Positions 40,460 to 49,163 are shown, numbered from the stretch's first letter. The stretch: 64,000 nucleotides of DNA from a virus (IMGVR_UViG_3300037851_000307:51635-115634); one strand, 5' to 3'. Translations and numbers: made by a program. Notes: generated from the letters alone by a model not told the origin.

Positions 40460-42070
40460 TTATAAGTTGCCTTTTGAGAACTCGGTCATGATTTGTGGAG
40501 TCGAAGTATCGAAACCAACAACATCAAGCATATTCTTATCAGAAGGATCTGCGATGGTGAAACCATTTGCGCAAGTTCCTACTGTGATAAGTTTAGCTTC
40601 AGGCACCGACATTCCAGAGCGATATTTGTTTAAAGCTTGGAAAGGGTGCATTGAGCCAGCATAAGTTTCATTATCAGTATAGATAGCAAACGTGTCGATA
40701 TGTAACTTTTGTGCTAAAGCCCATTGCATAGGCAACGAACAGTCTGTTCCACCCCATGGAGCTTTTTGCATTGTTTTCAACACATCATCTAAACGTTTAC
40801 GCTTAGAAAGATCAAGTCTGTCTATTCCTGATGAGCCGTAACCAGAAGACGAGAAGTATACAACTTCTGAATTAGGTTCAGCTTTTAAAGTAACCATTGC
40901 CATGGCTCCAGCAGCTTCTGCCGCCGTCAAACCTGTTCCAGCGATTCTTGCTCCAAACATAGAACCTGAGCAATCAAGCGCAAGAAGATGGTTTTTGCCA
41001 GAAGTTTCTACGTTTCCAAAGGAAGTATAGAAAGCTTCATCCAACGCATCTATGATGTTGGTTACTGGTGACCAAGTCAGCGACCCCTTATCGCCTCGCC
41101 CTTGCTTATAAATAGCAAGCGCGTTCAGGATAGTGATGGGGTGAACACGCGATCTCTTGATCTGTTCAGCGTTATTCAGACGCTCAACGACTAGCTTAGT
41201 GTTAGTATCTAGGTTTGATTTCAACAAACCTACAGCAGTCATCTTAGCTAGATTTCTTAAAGTTGCAGTCATAGGCATATTCTGATTAAGAGCTTCCCAT
41301 ACTTCTCTTGAGTTCAAGAGTTCAGTGGGAAGCGCTTCACGAGGTAGCCCATACTTTTGTATCAAAGCAACAGCTTGCTTAGTATCTCCAGCTCCAAGAG
41401 TTTGGATTTCTTCAAAACCTTGAACAAGCGCGTGCTTTGTGGTTACTTCTTTGCCGGCTGCATATCTTAATAAGTCGTTCAATGCTGCATCGTTAGATGA
41501 AGCATGGCAAAGACGTAACACATCGCGGTGAGTAAAGTTGTTTCTGTTGCGGTACTTGATGATGTTCATAGCAACTTTATCAATATCATTTTGAGTATAA
41601 AACTTTGCAACACCATTTCTTAGTCCACGAGACCAACCGCGTAATGCTTGGATATTCTCAGTGAACTGAAATAAATGAGTTCCGATTCTACATACATCGG
41701 TGATAGCTTTATATGCTGCATTCTTTGTGGCTTCATCGCCAAAAGTTGTTGCTAAAGCTAACGCAAAGATTGCAGGGTCATTTTTAGGTGCTCGACCAGC
41801 TACAGAGATTTCAACGATTGTTTTCACAGTTCGCAAACCATCTTGCTTGATGCAATCAATAACAGCTTGCGCGTTGTCTACTGTCATCTTTTTCTCTGAC
41901 GCGTAGTATGAACCACCTTCGTTACCTAAGATAAGAAATCGATTCAGTTTAGAGAAGCTGTCTTGAGCAAAAACAAAACCACCGGCATTATTTTTAACCT
42001 GATCTTTACCTGGAACTTGTTGTGTTTGAGGAGTTGTTTTTGTGTTGAAGTGCTTAGTATAAGACATACT
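40460..42070 (-). CDS. rsr: Ro60/TROVE-domain ribonucleoprotein orthologue (Rsr) with C-terminal vWA (MIDAS DCSGS)
   Basis: 'GGFVF…RFLILGNEGGSYY…DPAIFALALA' matches the Ro60 TROVE signature (RFL.LGSEGGTYY); C-terminal 'LALDCSGSM' vWA MIDAS. Start set at MSYTKHF, which has the SD 'aaaggagaaagtATG'. Confidence 0.85.
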   Translation of the reverse strand, partial: SMSYTKHFNTKTTPQTQQVPGKDQVKNNAGGFVFAQDSFSKLNRFLILGNEGGSYYASEKKMTVDNAQAVIDCIKQDGLRTVKTIVEISVAGRAPKNDPAIFALALATTFGDEATKNAAYKAITDVCRIGTHLFQFTENIQALRGWSRGLRNGVAKFYTQNDIDKVAMNIIKYRNRNNFTHRDVLRLCHASSNDAALNDLLRYAAGKEVTTKHALVQGFEEIQTLGAGDTKQAVALIQKYGLPREALPTELLNSREVWEALNQNMPMTATLRNLAKMTAVGLLKSNLDTNTKLVVERLNNAEQIKRSRVHPITILNALAIYKQGRGDKGSLTWSPVTNIIDALDEAFYTSFGNVETSGKNHLLALDCSGSMFGARIAGTGLTAAEAAGAMAMVTLKAEPNSEVVYFSSSGYGSSGIDRLDLSKRKRLDDVLKTMQKAPWGGTDCSLPMQWALAQKLHIDTFAIYTDNETYAGSMHPFQALNKYRSGMSVPEAKLITVGTCANGFTIADPSDKNMLDVVGFDTSTPQIMTEFSKGNL

Positions 42071-42145
42071 TTCTCCTTTAAAAATAGCGGATAAATTGAT
42101 GACCATGGGGTTTTCGCCAAATGATAACCCATAATCTACGACCCG
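42071..42145 (-). ncRNA. Y-RNA-like module 5 (begins CGGGTCGTAGATTATGGGTTATCA, ends TTATCCGC + T-run)
   Basis: Shares the 5' consensus YGGGTCGWWAGA..TTNGGTTAYCA and the 3' TTATCCRY-Tn with four other units. Confidence 0.4.
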
Positions 42146-42149
42146 CGTT

Positions 42150-42429
42150 GTAAAAATTTTTCGTATCGGTTACAGTAAAAAGCTGCACGGATAATGAAGC
42201 AGATATTGGAAGCATGCGTTATGGCATGGATGTGTTTTAAGAGACATCGTGCTCATCCTGACCATATTAGCAGGTCATTGTGCGACTCATGTGTTTAGCC
42301 TTAGATATGCTGCAACGGTTTCCGCCGCTACACGTTGCTACTAGACTGAGCTTCTCTATTTCAAGAGGGGGTTAACGCCTAGAGTGCAGTTCTTTATCAA
42401 GTGTTGGTAACCAATTATCTATCGACCCG
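42150..42429 (-). ncRNA. Y-RNA-like module 4 (about 280 nt, several internal hairpins)
   Basis: Starts CGGGTCGATAGATAATTGGTTACCA and ends TTATCCGTGCAGCTTTTT; includes a GCAAC…GTTGC hairpin, a TGACC…GGTCA hairpin and an ACCGATACGA motif near its 3' end. Confidence 0.4.
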
Positions 42430-42430
42430 T

Positions 42431-42575
42431 GCTTAAAAATAAACTGATGGATAAAAGTATCGACATTCGGAAGATGACTTTTGCTCTACCAGCTGAGCTA
42501 CTTCCGCTACGGTGCAGAAGGTGGGATTCGAACCCACGACCCAAAGTTTGTTGATAACCAAATATCTACGACCCA
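42431..42575 (-). ncRNA. Y-RNA-like module 3 with circularly permuted tRNA-like domain (YrlA-like)
   Basis: Reading the minus strand: ACTTT-GGGTC-GTGGG TTCGAAT CCCAC (T-arm) – CTTCTGC accgta GCGGAAG (acceptor-like stem closed by a loop) – TA – GCTC AGCTGGTA GAGC (D-arm) – A – AAAGT. The anticodon-stem equivalent ACTTT/AAAGT joins the domain to the rest of the RNA. Confidence 0.6.
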
Positions 42576-42661
42576 TCAAAAAACTAAATAAAAAATGCGG
42601 ATAAGCTGTATGACAATAGGGGGTAATCATTAACAGTGATAACCTAAAGTCTATCGACCCG
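42576..42661 (-). ncRNA. Y-RNA-like module 2 (short)
   Basis: CGGGTCGATAGACTTTAGGTTATCA … TTATCCGCATTTTTTATTT. Confidence 0.35.
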
Positions 42662-42793
42662 CAAAAACTAAAACTAAAAGAGACGGATAAGGGGTGAGAT
42701 TGGAGATTTGCCTCTTGGACCACCTTTGGCTGACGGAATCGAACCGCCCAGATTTTTGTTTCAGAAAAAAGGTAACCAATACTCTTCGACCCG
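42662..42793 (-). ncRNA. Y-RNA-like module 1 (contains T-arm-like GGCGG TTCGATT CCGTC)
   Basis: CGGGTCGAAGAGTATTGGTTACC … TTATCCGTCTCTTTTAG; starts 8 nt after the stop of 42802..43083. Confidence 0.4.
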
Positions 42794-42801
42794 TCAAAAT
42801 T

Positions 42802-43083
42802 CTATTCTACCACAAATCCTTGTTCTTTGGCTTCTTTAAGAGATAAAGAACCTTGGCGTTCACCTTGTCTACGAGTTCGCTCGTAGCCAATCTTGTCAAA
42901 CGCTACAAATCGACCTTCAGGAATAACTATCTTGTAGACAGTACCTTCTTGGTCTTGAAAGTAACCATTAACTCCGATTTCCTTAGCAACAGCTTCAGTT
43001 GCAGCCGCAAGTTCTTCAAAGAATTTCTTAACTTCTTCTTTGCGTTTCTCTAACGCAACGAATTTTTGTTGTGCTTCAGTCAT
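42802..43083 (-). CDS. hypothetical protein
   Basis: 93 aa. Confidence 0.5.
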   Translation of the reverse strand: MTEAQQKFVALEKRKEEVKKFFEELAAATEAVAKEIGVNGYFQDQEGTVYKIVIPEGRFVAFDKIGYERTRRQGERQGSLSLKEAKEQGFVVE

Positions 43084-43232
43084 TACATCATTCCCAGTTG
43101 TTTAAAGATTTCAGTGCCGATAAAGCCTATCAAGAAAGCTACTACGCAAGTGGTAAACAGGCTATACCCTTTGGTGTTGGCATATATACCCCAACCCATA
43201 CCAATAGCAAGTAATAAAATTAAAGTCATCAT
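43083..43232 (-). CDS. small hydrophobic protein (49 aa, not in ORF track)
   Basis: MMTLILLLAIGMGWGIYANTKGYSLFTTCVVAFLIGFIGTEIFKQLGMM; TAATG overlap with the next gene; ACCGATTCGA motif about 20 nt upstream. Confidence 0.35.
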   Translation of the reverse strand: MMTLILLLAIGMGWGIYANTKGYSLFTTCVVAFLIGFIGTEIFKQLGMM

Positions 43233-43252
43233 CTTAACCTCGTATCAAAAAA

Positions 43253-43262
43253 TCGAATCGGT
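43253..43262 (-). promoter_or_regulatory. ACCGATTCGA motif instance
   Basis: Upstream of the small ORF 43083..43232. Confidence 0.4.
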
Positions 43263-43840
43263 TATTGTGTTGTGGTTTTTCCACCTTCAATAAGGAAGAA
43301 GGTCTTACCGTTTTTAACTACTTTTTTAATAGATTCTGGCTCAACATTTGCAGGTGGTTCGACTTCTGGACCATCAGTGATTTTTTGAGTAGGTGATTCA
43401 CCAGAAGCAATCTTTAAAAACTCTGATAAAAGAATCTCTTCGTTTTGCTGAGTAGAGTTGTTGAAGCACATAACCATAGGATCAAAGCCATCAGTAACAA
43501 TAGATCTTAAGATTTCTAACTTTTCTTCTTCTAGCTGTTTGAAGCGAGATGCTAGTTGATTTTTATATTTGCTATGCAAGGCATTAGATGAAGGCATGCT
43601 GTGCTGTGCAGCAATAGCATTTTGCTCTTGAGTGCATTCGCCGGCCTTCTTAAGCCTTTCAAGAACAGATTTAGTCATATGTCTTGGCGGAAGATTTGAC
43701 ATTTCTTTATCAAGTTGTGCTAACTCTTGATTTAGTTTTTTGCCTCTTTTATAAAGCTTATAAAGCTGAAAACCTAAAAAGCATAAAAAACCAAAACAAA
43801 AACCAACCAACACTAAAGCAAGTATGGCAATAGGAGACAT
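43262..43840 (-). CDS. membrane-anchored protein (N-terminal TM)
   Basis: 192 aa; 'IAILALVLVGFCFGFLCFLGF'. Confidence 0.5.
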   Translation of the reverse strand: MSPIAILALVLVGFCFGFLCFLGFQLYKLYKRGKKLNQELAQLDKEMSNLPPRHMTKSVLERLKKAGECTQEQNAIAAQHSMPSSNALHSKYKNQLASRFKQLEEEKLEILRSIVTDGFDPMVMCFNNSTQQNEEILLSEFLKIASGESPTQKITDGPEVEPPANVEPESIKKVVKNGKTFFLIEGGKTTTQ

Positions 43841-43864
43841 AAAAGCCTTTCTTTAATTATGAAT

Positions 43865-44524
43865 TTATTCTACTGAATCGTCAGCAATATCGTCGAAGAA
43901 CGTCTCTAAAAAGTTATCATCTAACATCTCTAGAGTTTTAGCTAAATCTTCGTTTCCTGCTTCGTAAGCTTTAGCAGTCATCAAAGCTTTAAAGTCATCT
44001 AACTCATATCCAGACTTTTTGATTCTCTTTTTCCAAGCAGCTAGCTTTTTAGAATCTACTTTATGTCTACCGCGATTTAGTTTCTCAGGTACCGCTCTTG
44101 TATTAGAAGCCGCGTAACCTTTAGAGTTGTCCTTTCTATCTGGACTTAATTTTTGTCCAGTTTTCTTCTCAGCAGACTGCATCTGTCTAACGATGCTCTT
44201 ACGAGAACCACGACCATGGCTTTTATGAGAAGCTGTACCGTTCTTACCGTCTTGACGTCTCAAGGCATCATCCGCTTTGGTCTGCGCTCTTTGCCAATGG
44301 CCAGGGGTTTTTTTATTTCTCTTGAGCTGATTTAAGTGCTTTCTGCAGCGACCTGATGGGTTGCTTGGGTTGGCACTTTTATCACCACAACGAGGACACT
44401 TCTTAGCAAGCTCCTCAAATTCTTCTTTTTCATCTTTAGACAGCTCTTCAAACTCGCTATCTAACAAGATATCTTCGTCTTCTAAAAACTCTTCAAAAGT
44501 TGAACCGGTATGTGGGTTTGTCAT
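43865..44524 (-). CDS. hypothetical basic protein with Zn ribbon
   Basis: 219 aa; CPRCG…CRKH; ATG lies 7 nt after TGGTATAAT, so it may be leaderless. Confidence 0.5.
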   Translation of the reverse strand: MTNPHTGSTFEEFLEDEDILLDSEFEELSKDEKEEFEELAKKCPRCGDKSANPSNPSGRCRKHLNQLKRNKKTPGHWQRAQTKADDALRRQDGKNGTASHKSHGRGSRKSIVRQMQSAEKKTGQKLSPDRKDNSKGYAASNTRAVPEKLNRGRHKVDSKKLAAWKKRIKKSGYELDDFKALMTAKAYEAGNEDLAKTLEMLDDNFLETFFDDIADDSVE

Positions 44525-44530
44525 GTACTT

Positions 44531-44544
44531 ATTATACCAGGCTC
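44531..44544 (-). promoter_or_regulatory. extended -10 promoter TGGTATAAT (minus strand)
   Basis: GAGCCTGGTATAATaagtacATG, immediately after a terminator. Confidence 0.45.
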
Positions 44545-44550
44545 AAAACT

Positions 44551-44581
44551 AATAAAAAAGGCCGTGGGGAACCCATCGGCC
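44551..44581 (-). terminator. rho-independent terminator (minus strand)
   Basis: GGCCGATGGGTTCCCCACGGCC + TTTTTTATT after the stop of 44599..44862. Confidence 0.65.
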
Positions 44582-44598
44582 TGACAGAAAGGAGGGAA

Positions 44599-44862
44599 CT
44601 ATTTATCATCCTGATGCTTATTTATCGATTCGGTTGAAGCACTTTGGTCTGTAAGTATTACAAGTTCTGCAAGCTGATTTTGAAGCTCTATATTTTGTTT
44701 ATTAAGGTCATATATTTCACTGGTTAATATGTTCCATATAACCTCTTGACGCGTATATCTTGCCTTAACACTTGCTTCGTCTGATCGCCCATCTTTGATG
44801 AGCTCAAGTATTAGCTCTACTTCTGGGTTAATAGATTCTAGTAAATCTTTAAGAGTTTTCAT
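44599..44862 (-). CDS. hypothetical protein
   Basis: 87 aa. Confidence 0.45.
   Translation of the reverse strand: MKTLKDLLESINPEVELILELIKDGRSDEASVKARYTRQEVIWNILTSEIYDLNKQNIELQNQLAELVILTDQSASTESINKHQDDK
44625..44634 (-). promoter_or_regulatory. ACCGAATCGA motif instance (inside the 3' end of 44599..44862)
   Basis: Upstream of 43865..44524. Confidence 0.35.
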
Positions 44863-45115
44863 TGTTTGTCTTTATGGCGGGCACTTGTTTACCGCCTAGA
44901 AAGTCTCTAAATAACTCGGAACAACTAGAGCATAAATCTATGTCTTGACTAATGCCGCCAGCAGCACCATCGTAGCCACGAGCCCACATTTCAACTTTTT
45001 TAGCGTGAGTTCCGCCGTTGCCAAAAGGGCCTTCAGCTCTTTCGCCTTGAGCGTCACATCTATCACATATTAAAATTGTTTTAGCCGGAATCGTCTTTGC
45101 GCCCATTGTTGTCAC
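44849..45115 (-). CDS. small Cys-rich protein
   Basis: CDRCDAQG…CSSC. Confidence 0.45.
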   Translation of the reverse strand: MTTMGAKTIPAKTILICDRCDAQGERAEGPFGNGGTHAKKVEMWARGYDGAAGGISQDIDLCSSCSELFRDFLGGKQVPAIKTNNENS

Positions 45116-45320
45116 CTAAAATTATAGAGTCAGCCTTTTCAGACTCAAGCTCGTCAATGCGTTTGTTTAAAAGCTCAATCTCTTTGTTGAGGAAATCAAA
45201 GTTTTTGTTACTCATATCAATCTCCTGATTTAGCTGAGTAACAAATTTTCTCAACGCAGCTTCATTGTTCTCAAAGCGTTCTTTGATCGCTTCAACAAGC
45301 TTAGTGATACCGTCCATCAT
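45081..45320 (-). CDS. small coiled-coil protein
   Basis: 79 aa. Confidence 0.45.
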   Translation of the reverse strand: MMDGITKLVEAIKERFENNEAALRKFVTQLNQEIDMSNKNFDFLNKEIELLNKRIDELESEKADSIILGDNNGRKDDSG

Positions 45321-46780
45321 TATCTTCTTCCTCTAGGTTTTTCAGAGTCAGGAATCTTGATTGTGGTACCTAAGCGCTTGATCGGGTGATCTGCTTGACC
45401 TTGGCGCGAGATGATAAACAGCGTGGTCGGAAACTTAACTCCTGGTGGAACCATCTGCTCAAAGTTAACATCACCATAGCAACCGTCAGTTACAAAGATC
45501 GCAAGATCTGGTCTGCGTTTAGCAATATCTTCAAAAGATTTCGTTAAACATGTGCCGCCAGATTCAACTTTGCTTTTATCTAAACGTTCACCTAGTTTAT
45601 ATTCTTCACTGTAATAGTTTTCAGTGTGGAATAAGTTAAGGCGACATTTTCTGCTACCCGTACGTAAGAAATTATCAACAACCTCTAAGAACTCATTTAA
45701 TTCTTCAGTAGAGATTGAACCTGACGTATCGAGATAGATATTAAGTTTAGGTAAGTCACCAACTTTTGTGCCTGGCGCTTTATTGCCAAAACGTTTTGAC
45801 TTGCGTGTCCAAGTGTGCTTACGCTCGTGACCTGATGCTGACTTTTTAATAGCCAACAATATCATAGATCTGTAATCTAACTCAGACTTACGCGTCTTGA
45901 TTTCTTGTAAAAGATCTTTGATAGAACCTGGAAGATCGTTGTAGTCAAGCTTTTGCTTGATCATCGCACGCTTGATAAGATCTTCTGTGGCTTCAAGCAT
46001 TTCTTTTTCTTCAGCTGCGCCATCCCACATATGCTCATCTAGAGTTTGTGGAGTGCCTTTACCGCCACCTTGTCCACCTTCACCATCGCCTTCTTCGTTA
46101 TCTGGGTCATCAAGGCGCTGTAAAAGTTTTTCGTAGTAGTATTCCATGGTTTGATCTTTTTTCCATGGGGTTTTAGCGTTTGTTTGTGGATCTACGTCAA
46201 AGAAGTCTTTGATGTCGATGCAAAAACCTGGACAGTTTTCATTAGGAAACATTTGTACGCTGCCGTCAGGTAGTTGTTGTGGCTCACAGCGACCGTTAGG
46301 TGCAGTAGAACACTGATCGCAGCCTTCTGGTAAGCCTTTAATATACTGGTTGATCGCCATGTCAGCGCCAACGTTCATAAGCTGACGTTTTCTTGAAGAA
46401 ATCTTCAAGAACGGTACGCGAAATGGATGCTTGTTCGTGATGTGGTTAATCTCGTGAAGTAACACAGCACTTCGCGCTAAATCACCGCGCTCTTGACGCG
46501 TCATACCTGGAATTGACTTAGAGTTGTTAAGTTTATCAACAAAGAACTTTGGATTGATGTACATATCCCAGCGTTTTGCTTCAGTATTAAACATAATACC
46601 GGCTGTTGGAATATAGTGTGAATACATGATATTCAAACACTGAAGAATTGAACCTATGAAAGGCGCTTTCTTTGTTACATTATAAATCGAAGTAGCAAGC
46701 GCTTTTGATTTCGCTTCTACTGGTACGAACTCTTTATCTAAGAGTTCCTTTGTTATGTTCGATCTGCGTCTATCGCTCAC
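45320..46780 (-). CDS. vWA-domain protein with HExxH metallopeptidase motif (partner of the MoxR ATPase)
   Basis: 'LHEINHITNKH' is an HExxH motif; C-terminal 'IYLDTSGSIS' is a vWA MIDAS; sits directly downstream of the AAA+ gene. Confidence 0.7.
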   Translation of the reverse strand: MSDRRRSNITKELLDKEFVPVEAKSKALATSIYNVTKKAPFIGSILQCLNIMYSHYIPTAGIMFNTEAKRWDMYINPKFFVDKLNNSKSIPGMTRQERGDLARSAVLLHEINHITNKHPFRVPFLKISSRKRQLMNVGADMAINQYIKGLPEGCDQCSTAPNGRCEPQQLPDGSVQMFPNENCPGFCIDIKDFFDVDPQTNAKTPWKKDQTMEYYYEKLLQRLDDPDNEEGDGEGGQGGGKGTPQTLDEHMWDGAAEEKEMLEATEDLIKRAMIKQKLDYNDLPGSIKDLLQEIKTRKSELDYRSMILLAIKKSASGHERKHTWTRKSKRFGNKAPGTKVGDLPKLNIYLDTSGSISTEELNEFLEVVDNFLRTGSRKCRLNLFHTENYYSEEYKLGERLDKSKVESGGTCLTKSFEDIAKRRPDLAIFVTDGCYGDVNFEQMVPPGVKFPTTLFIISRQGQADHPIKRLGTTIKIPDSEKPRGRR

Positions 46781-46803
46781 GATTCCCTCCTAATAGGTAT
46801 CAA

Positions 46804-46813
46804 TCGATTCGGT
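46804..46813 (-). promoter_or_regulatory. ACCGAATCGA motif instance
   Basis: About 20 nt upstream of the GTG/ATG of 45320..46780, after a hairpin plus T-run. Confidence 0.45.
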
Positions 46814-46825
46814 GCAGTATAAAGC

Positions 46826-46870
46826 CTCCTTTAGAAAAAATGCGGGCCTAGCAAAAGGAGGGACAAACTA
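46826..46870 (-). terminator. hairpin GCGGGC…GCCCGC + T-run (weak terminator)
   Basis: Downstream of the 46891..48033 stop. Confidence 0.4.
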
Positions 46871-46890
46871 AGCCCGCTGGGGGTGAACTA

Positions 46891-48033
46891 TTAAGTTTCC
46901 GCTTTGTTGCCGTCTACTTTCGTAGCGCGGTTAATGCGGATATTATCTCTGATAATATCAGTCATTTCAGGGTGACGTTTTACAAACTCACGGAAGTAGT
47001 TAAGAACTGCGCCGTTAGATTGCTTAAAGCCACAACCTTTGATGAGATTGATCGCTTGGTCTGAAGGAATAATCTTAGCGACTTCTGCCATCAGATCTTC
47101 GTCGATTTGATTATCTTTACACTTATCTTTTAAGCCACCGTAGTGCTTAATGATTGAATCAACAGTCATAGCGATCATCTCACCTTGGTAGTTGTTTTTA
47201 TCAGATTGTGCTTCAAGACGCTTTAACGCTGCCGGACGATCTTTTAAAAGATCTTCAGCGGTAACCGGAGCTTGATCGTAACAGAACTTGTGGTACTGTA
47301 AACCGATGTCGTTACCTAAGATTGAGATTGCAGTCAATCTATGTAAAGCGCGTGACTTATGAACTCCTGCTCTTTCAGCAGCGTTCATTTTTGACCAAGT
47401 ACGTGGAGAAACGTATTTGCCTTCTGGACCAAGCTCTTTTGGAGTTTTGTAGATCCAAAGACCTGAGTTGATAAAGCGTTGAACTTTGTCATCCCAGTTT
47501 GCAGAATCAGCGTATTCGCTGAATGATAAGTGGTCGAACTCGATTTCGTACTCTTCGAAACGGTCTTTTAAGGCTGCGTCCATGTTGTTAACATCGTACT
47601 CAGAGCCTTCAGGGTTAATACAGCCTGCGATTACCCAACCGTCAGGTAAGGTATATTTGTGAACTTTACGGTCAGTTAAGATCTGCATTAAGCAGTTCAT
47701 TACGCCGGTAGTTCCGCGGTTTGGTTCTTCGAGAAGTAATAAACCTCTACCGCTTGTTGGCCAGAAATCTGGCAGTTCGTGAACTGTTCTACGAACACCA
47801 TTCACTTCGAAAACCTCAGGAAACCCGATTAAGTCAGGTGCTTCCATGTACGCGATACGAAGGTCGATGAACCCGAAAGTTGGGTCTTCTTTCTTCTGTT
47901 TCGCTACCCACTGCTGACATACCTGCGATTTTCCGAGACCTGCTTCACCCGTAAATAATGGGTTAAAGACTTCGTTGATGTCCCTTGCTGCTAACGCAAG
48001 GTCCAATACAACACCAATATTTGCTGCTTTCAC
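46891..48033 (-). CDS. MoxR-family AAA+ ATPase
   Basis: Walker A 'GEAGLGKSQV'; 'LLLEEPNRGTTGVMNCLMQILTDRKV' is the MoxR sensor/ENR-like segment; about 380 aa. Confidence 0.75.
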   Translation of the reverse strand: MKAANIGVVLDLALAARDINEVFNPLFTGEAGLGKSQVCQQWVAKQKKEDPTFGFIDLRIAYMEAPDLIGFPEVFEVNGVRRTVHELPDFWPTSGRGLLLLEEPNRGTTGVMNCLMQILTDRKVHKYTLPDGWVIAGCINPEGSEYDVNNMDAALKDRFEEYEIEFDHLSFSEYADSANWDDKVQRFINSGLWIYKTPKELGPEGKYVSPRTWSKMNAAERAGVHKSRALHRLTAISILGNDIGLQYHKFCYDQAPVTAEDLLKDRPAALKRLEAQSDKNNYQGEMIAMTVDSIIKHYGGLKDKCKDNQIDEDLMAEVAKIIPSDQAINLIKGCGFKQSNGAVLNYFREFVKRHPEMTDIIRDNIRINRATKVDGNKAET

Positions 48034-48073
48034 TACTTCCTCCTTTTAAGGTTCTATATATTGCAAAAACAAT

Positions 48074-48083
48074 TCGATTCGGT
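48074..48083 (-). promoter_or_regulatory. ACCGAATCGA motif instance
   Basis: About 40 nt upstream of the 46891..48033 start. Confidence 0.45.
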
Positions 48084-48359
48084 TTAGTGTTTTTGCGTAT
48101 CCTTATATTTAGTGGCAAGCAGTTTTCCGAGTCTAGCCTGAAATAAGCGTGCTAGTTGCGCTCTTGCAAAAAATGTTTCTGCAGTAGAAGATTCACCTTG
48201 AGCCATAGCACTACCTGCAACATAGTCAAATGTTCCAGCACTTGCTCCAAGCAAGTTTATTAGTGTCCACAGTTCTGACTCAGAAAGTGGAATAAAGATT
48301 CGATCACCAGCTTCTTCTATTACTGGTGAATCGTTTTCTTCTTCTTCATCGTGCATCAT
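48084..48359 (-). CDS. hypothetical acidic protein
   Basis: 91 aa. Confidence 0.4.
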   Translation of the reverse strand: MMHDEEEENDSPVIEEAGDRIFIPLSESELWTLINLLGASAGTFDYVAGSAMAQGESSTAETFFARAQLARLFQARLGKLLATKYKDTQKH

Positions 48360-48688
48360 ATCCCCAGAGCTTTACGTACTTCCTCAGGGATATCACCTAG
48401 ATTTATGTTTGTCAAATCTGGTTCTTTAACTTTCTTTGTTCTTTGAGATTTTTCTCCATAGAACAAATCGCCTTCTTGTAAGGTCATAAGTTGTACTGGC
48501 CCTGGGTTAGTACTTTTAATTACTTGAGGTTTCGCTGGTTCCGCAGCGGGACACTTGGTGATTTTACCGCCCTTGGCCAAAAAATCTTGTAGGAGCTTTT
48601 CAGTATTACTCACATTTTTCTCCATTGTTGTGATCTTTTGTCTGTTCGGTTTTGATTTTTTAGGTTTATTCGTTGAAATCGTCGCCAA
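48356..48688 (-). CDS. hypothetical protein
   Basis: 110 aa. Confidence 0.4.
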   Translation of the reverse strand: MATISTNKPKKSKPNRQKITTMEKNVSNTEKLLQDFLAKGGKITKCPAAEPAKPQVIKSTNPGPVQLMTLQEGDLFYGEKSQRTKKVKEPDLTNINLGDIPEEVRKALGI

Positions 48689-49112
48689 GTAATACTCCGT
48701 CGAAAGATTGTGGAAATATCTTCATCAAATCCTCAAGGAAATGATTATTTTCTTTTGCTCTTTTATATTCTACAATTTTTTGACGAAGTGCTTCAAATTC
48801 TCGGTTTAATTTTGTGTATTTCCAGTACCAGCAGTAATCAGATATTATGGATTTTTCTCCCCTGAAAGCCGAAGCAGTGTCATTTATAACGCAGTGAAAT
48901 CTGCCATCTTTCTTTCGACTTATAGTGACTGTTTTAGTGGGAGAAAAGTAGCCTTGTGAGTCGTTTTGAGTTTGCGGGGTCCACTTTACAATGACCTCAT
49001 CGCTCATAATTCCAGGGTCGGGGAGGGTATTAAACCAGTCGTGGTGCTCGCCCACATTCCACTGTTTTTTAAGCTCTATGAGAGCCGCTCTAATAAGATC
49101 CGCTTTAGTCAT
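48666..49112 (-). CDS. hypothetical protein (start moved to internal Met with SD GGGAAGGA)
   Basis: The ORF-track start at 49235 overlaps ClpP; the Met at 49112 is preceded by GGGAAGGAAC. Confidence 0.45.
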   Translation of the reverse strand: MTKADLIRAALIELKKQWNVGEHHDWFNTLPDPGIMSDEVIVKWTPQTQNDSQGYFSPTKTVTISRKKDGRFHCVINDTASAFRGEKSIISDYCWYWKYTKLNREFEALRQKIVEYKRAKENNHFLEDLMKIFPQSFDGVLLGDDFNE

Positions 49113-49136
49113 GTTCCTTCCCAGGCTTACCCAAGG

Positions 49137-49142
49137 TATAAT
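49137..49142 (+). promoter_or_regulatory. TATAAT in divergent intergenic region (ClpP side)
   Basis: ccaaggTATAATtattattatatcaggggcattATG. Confidence 0.35.
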
Positions 49143-49163
49143 TATTATTATATCAGGGGCATT

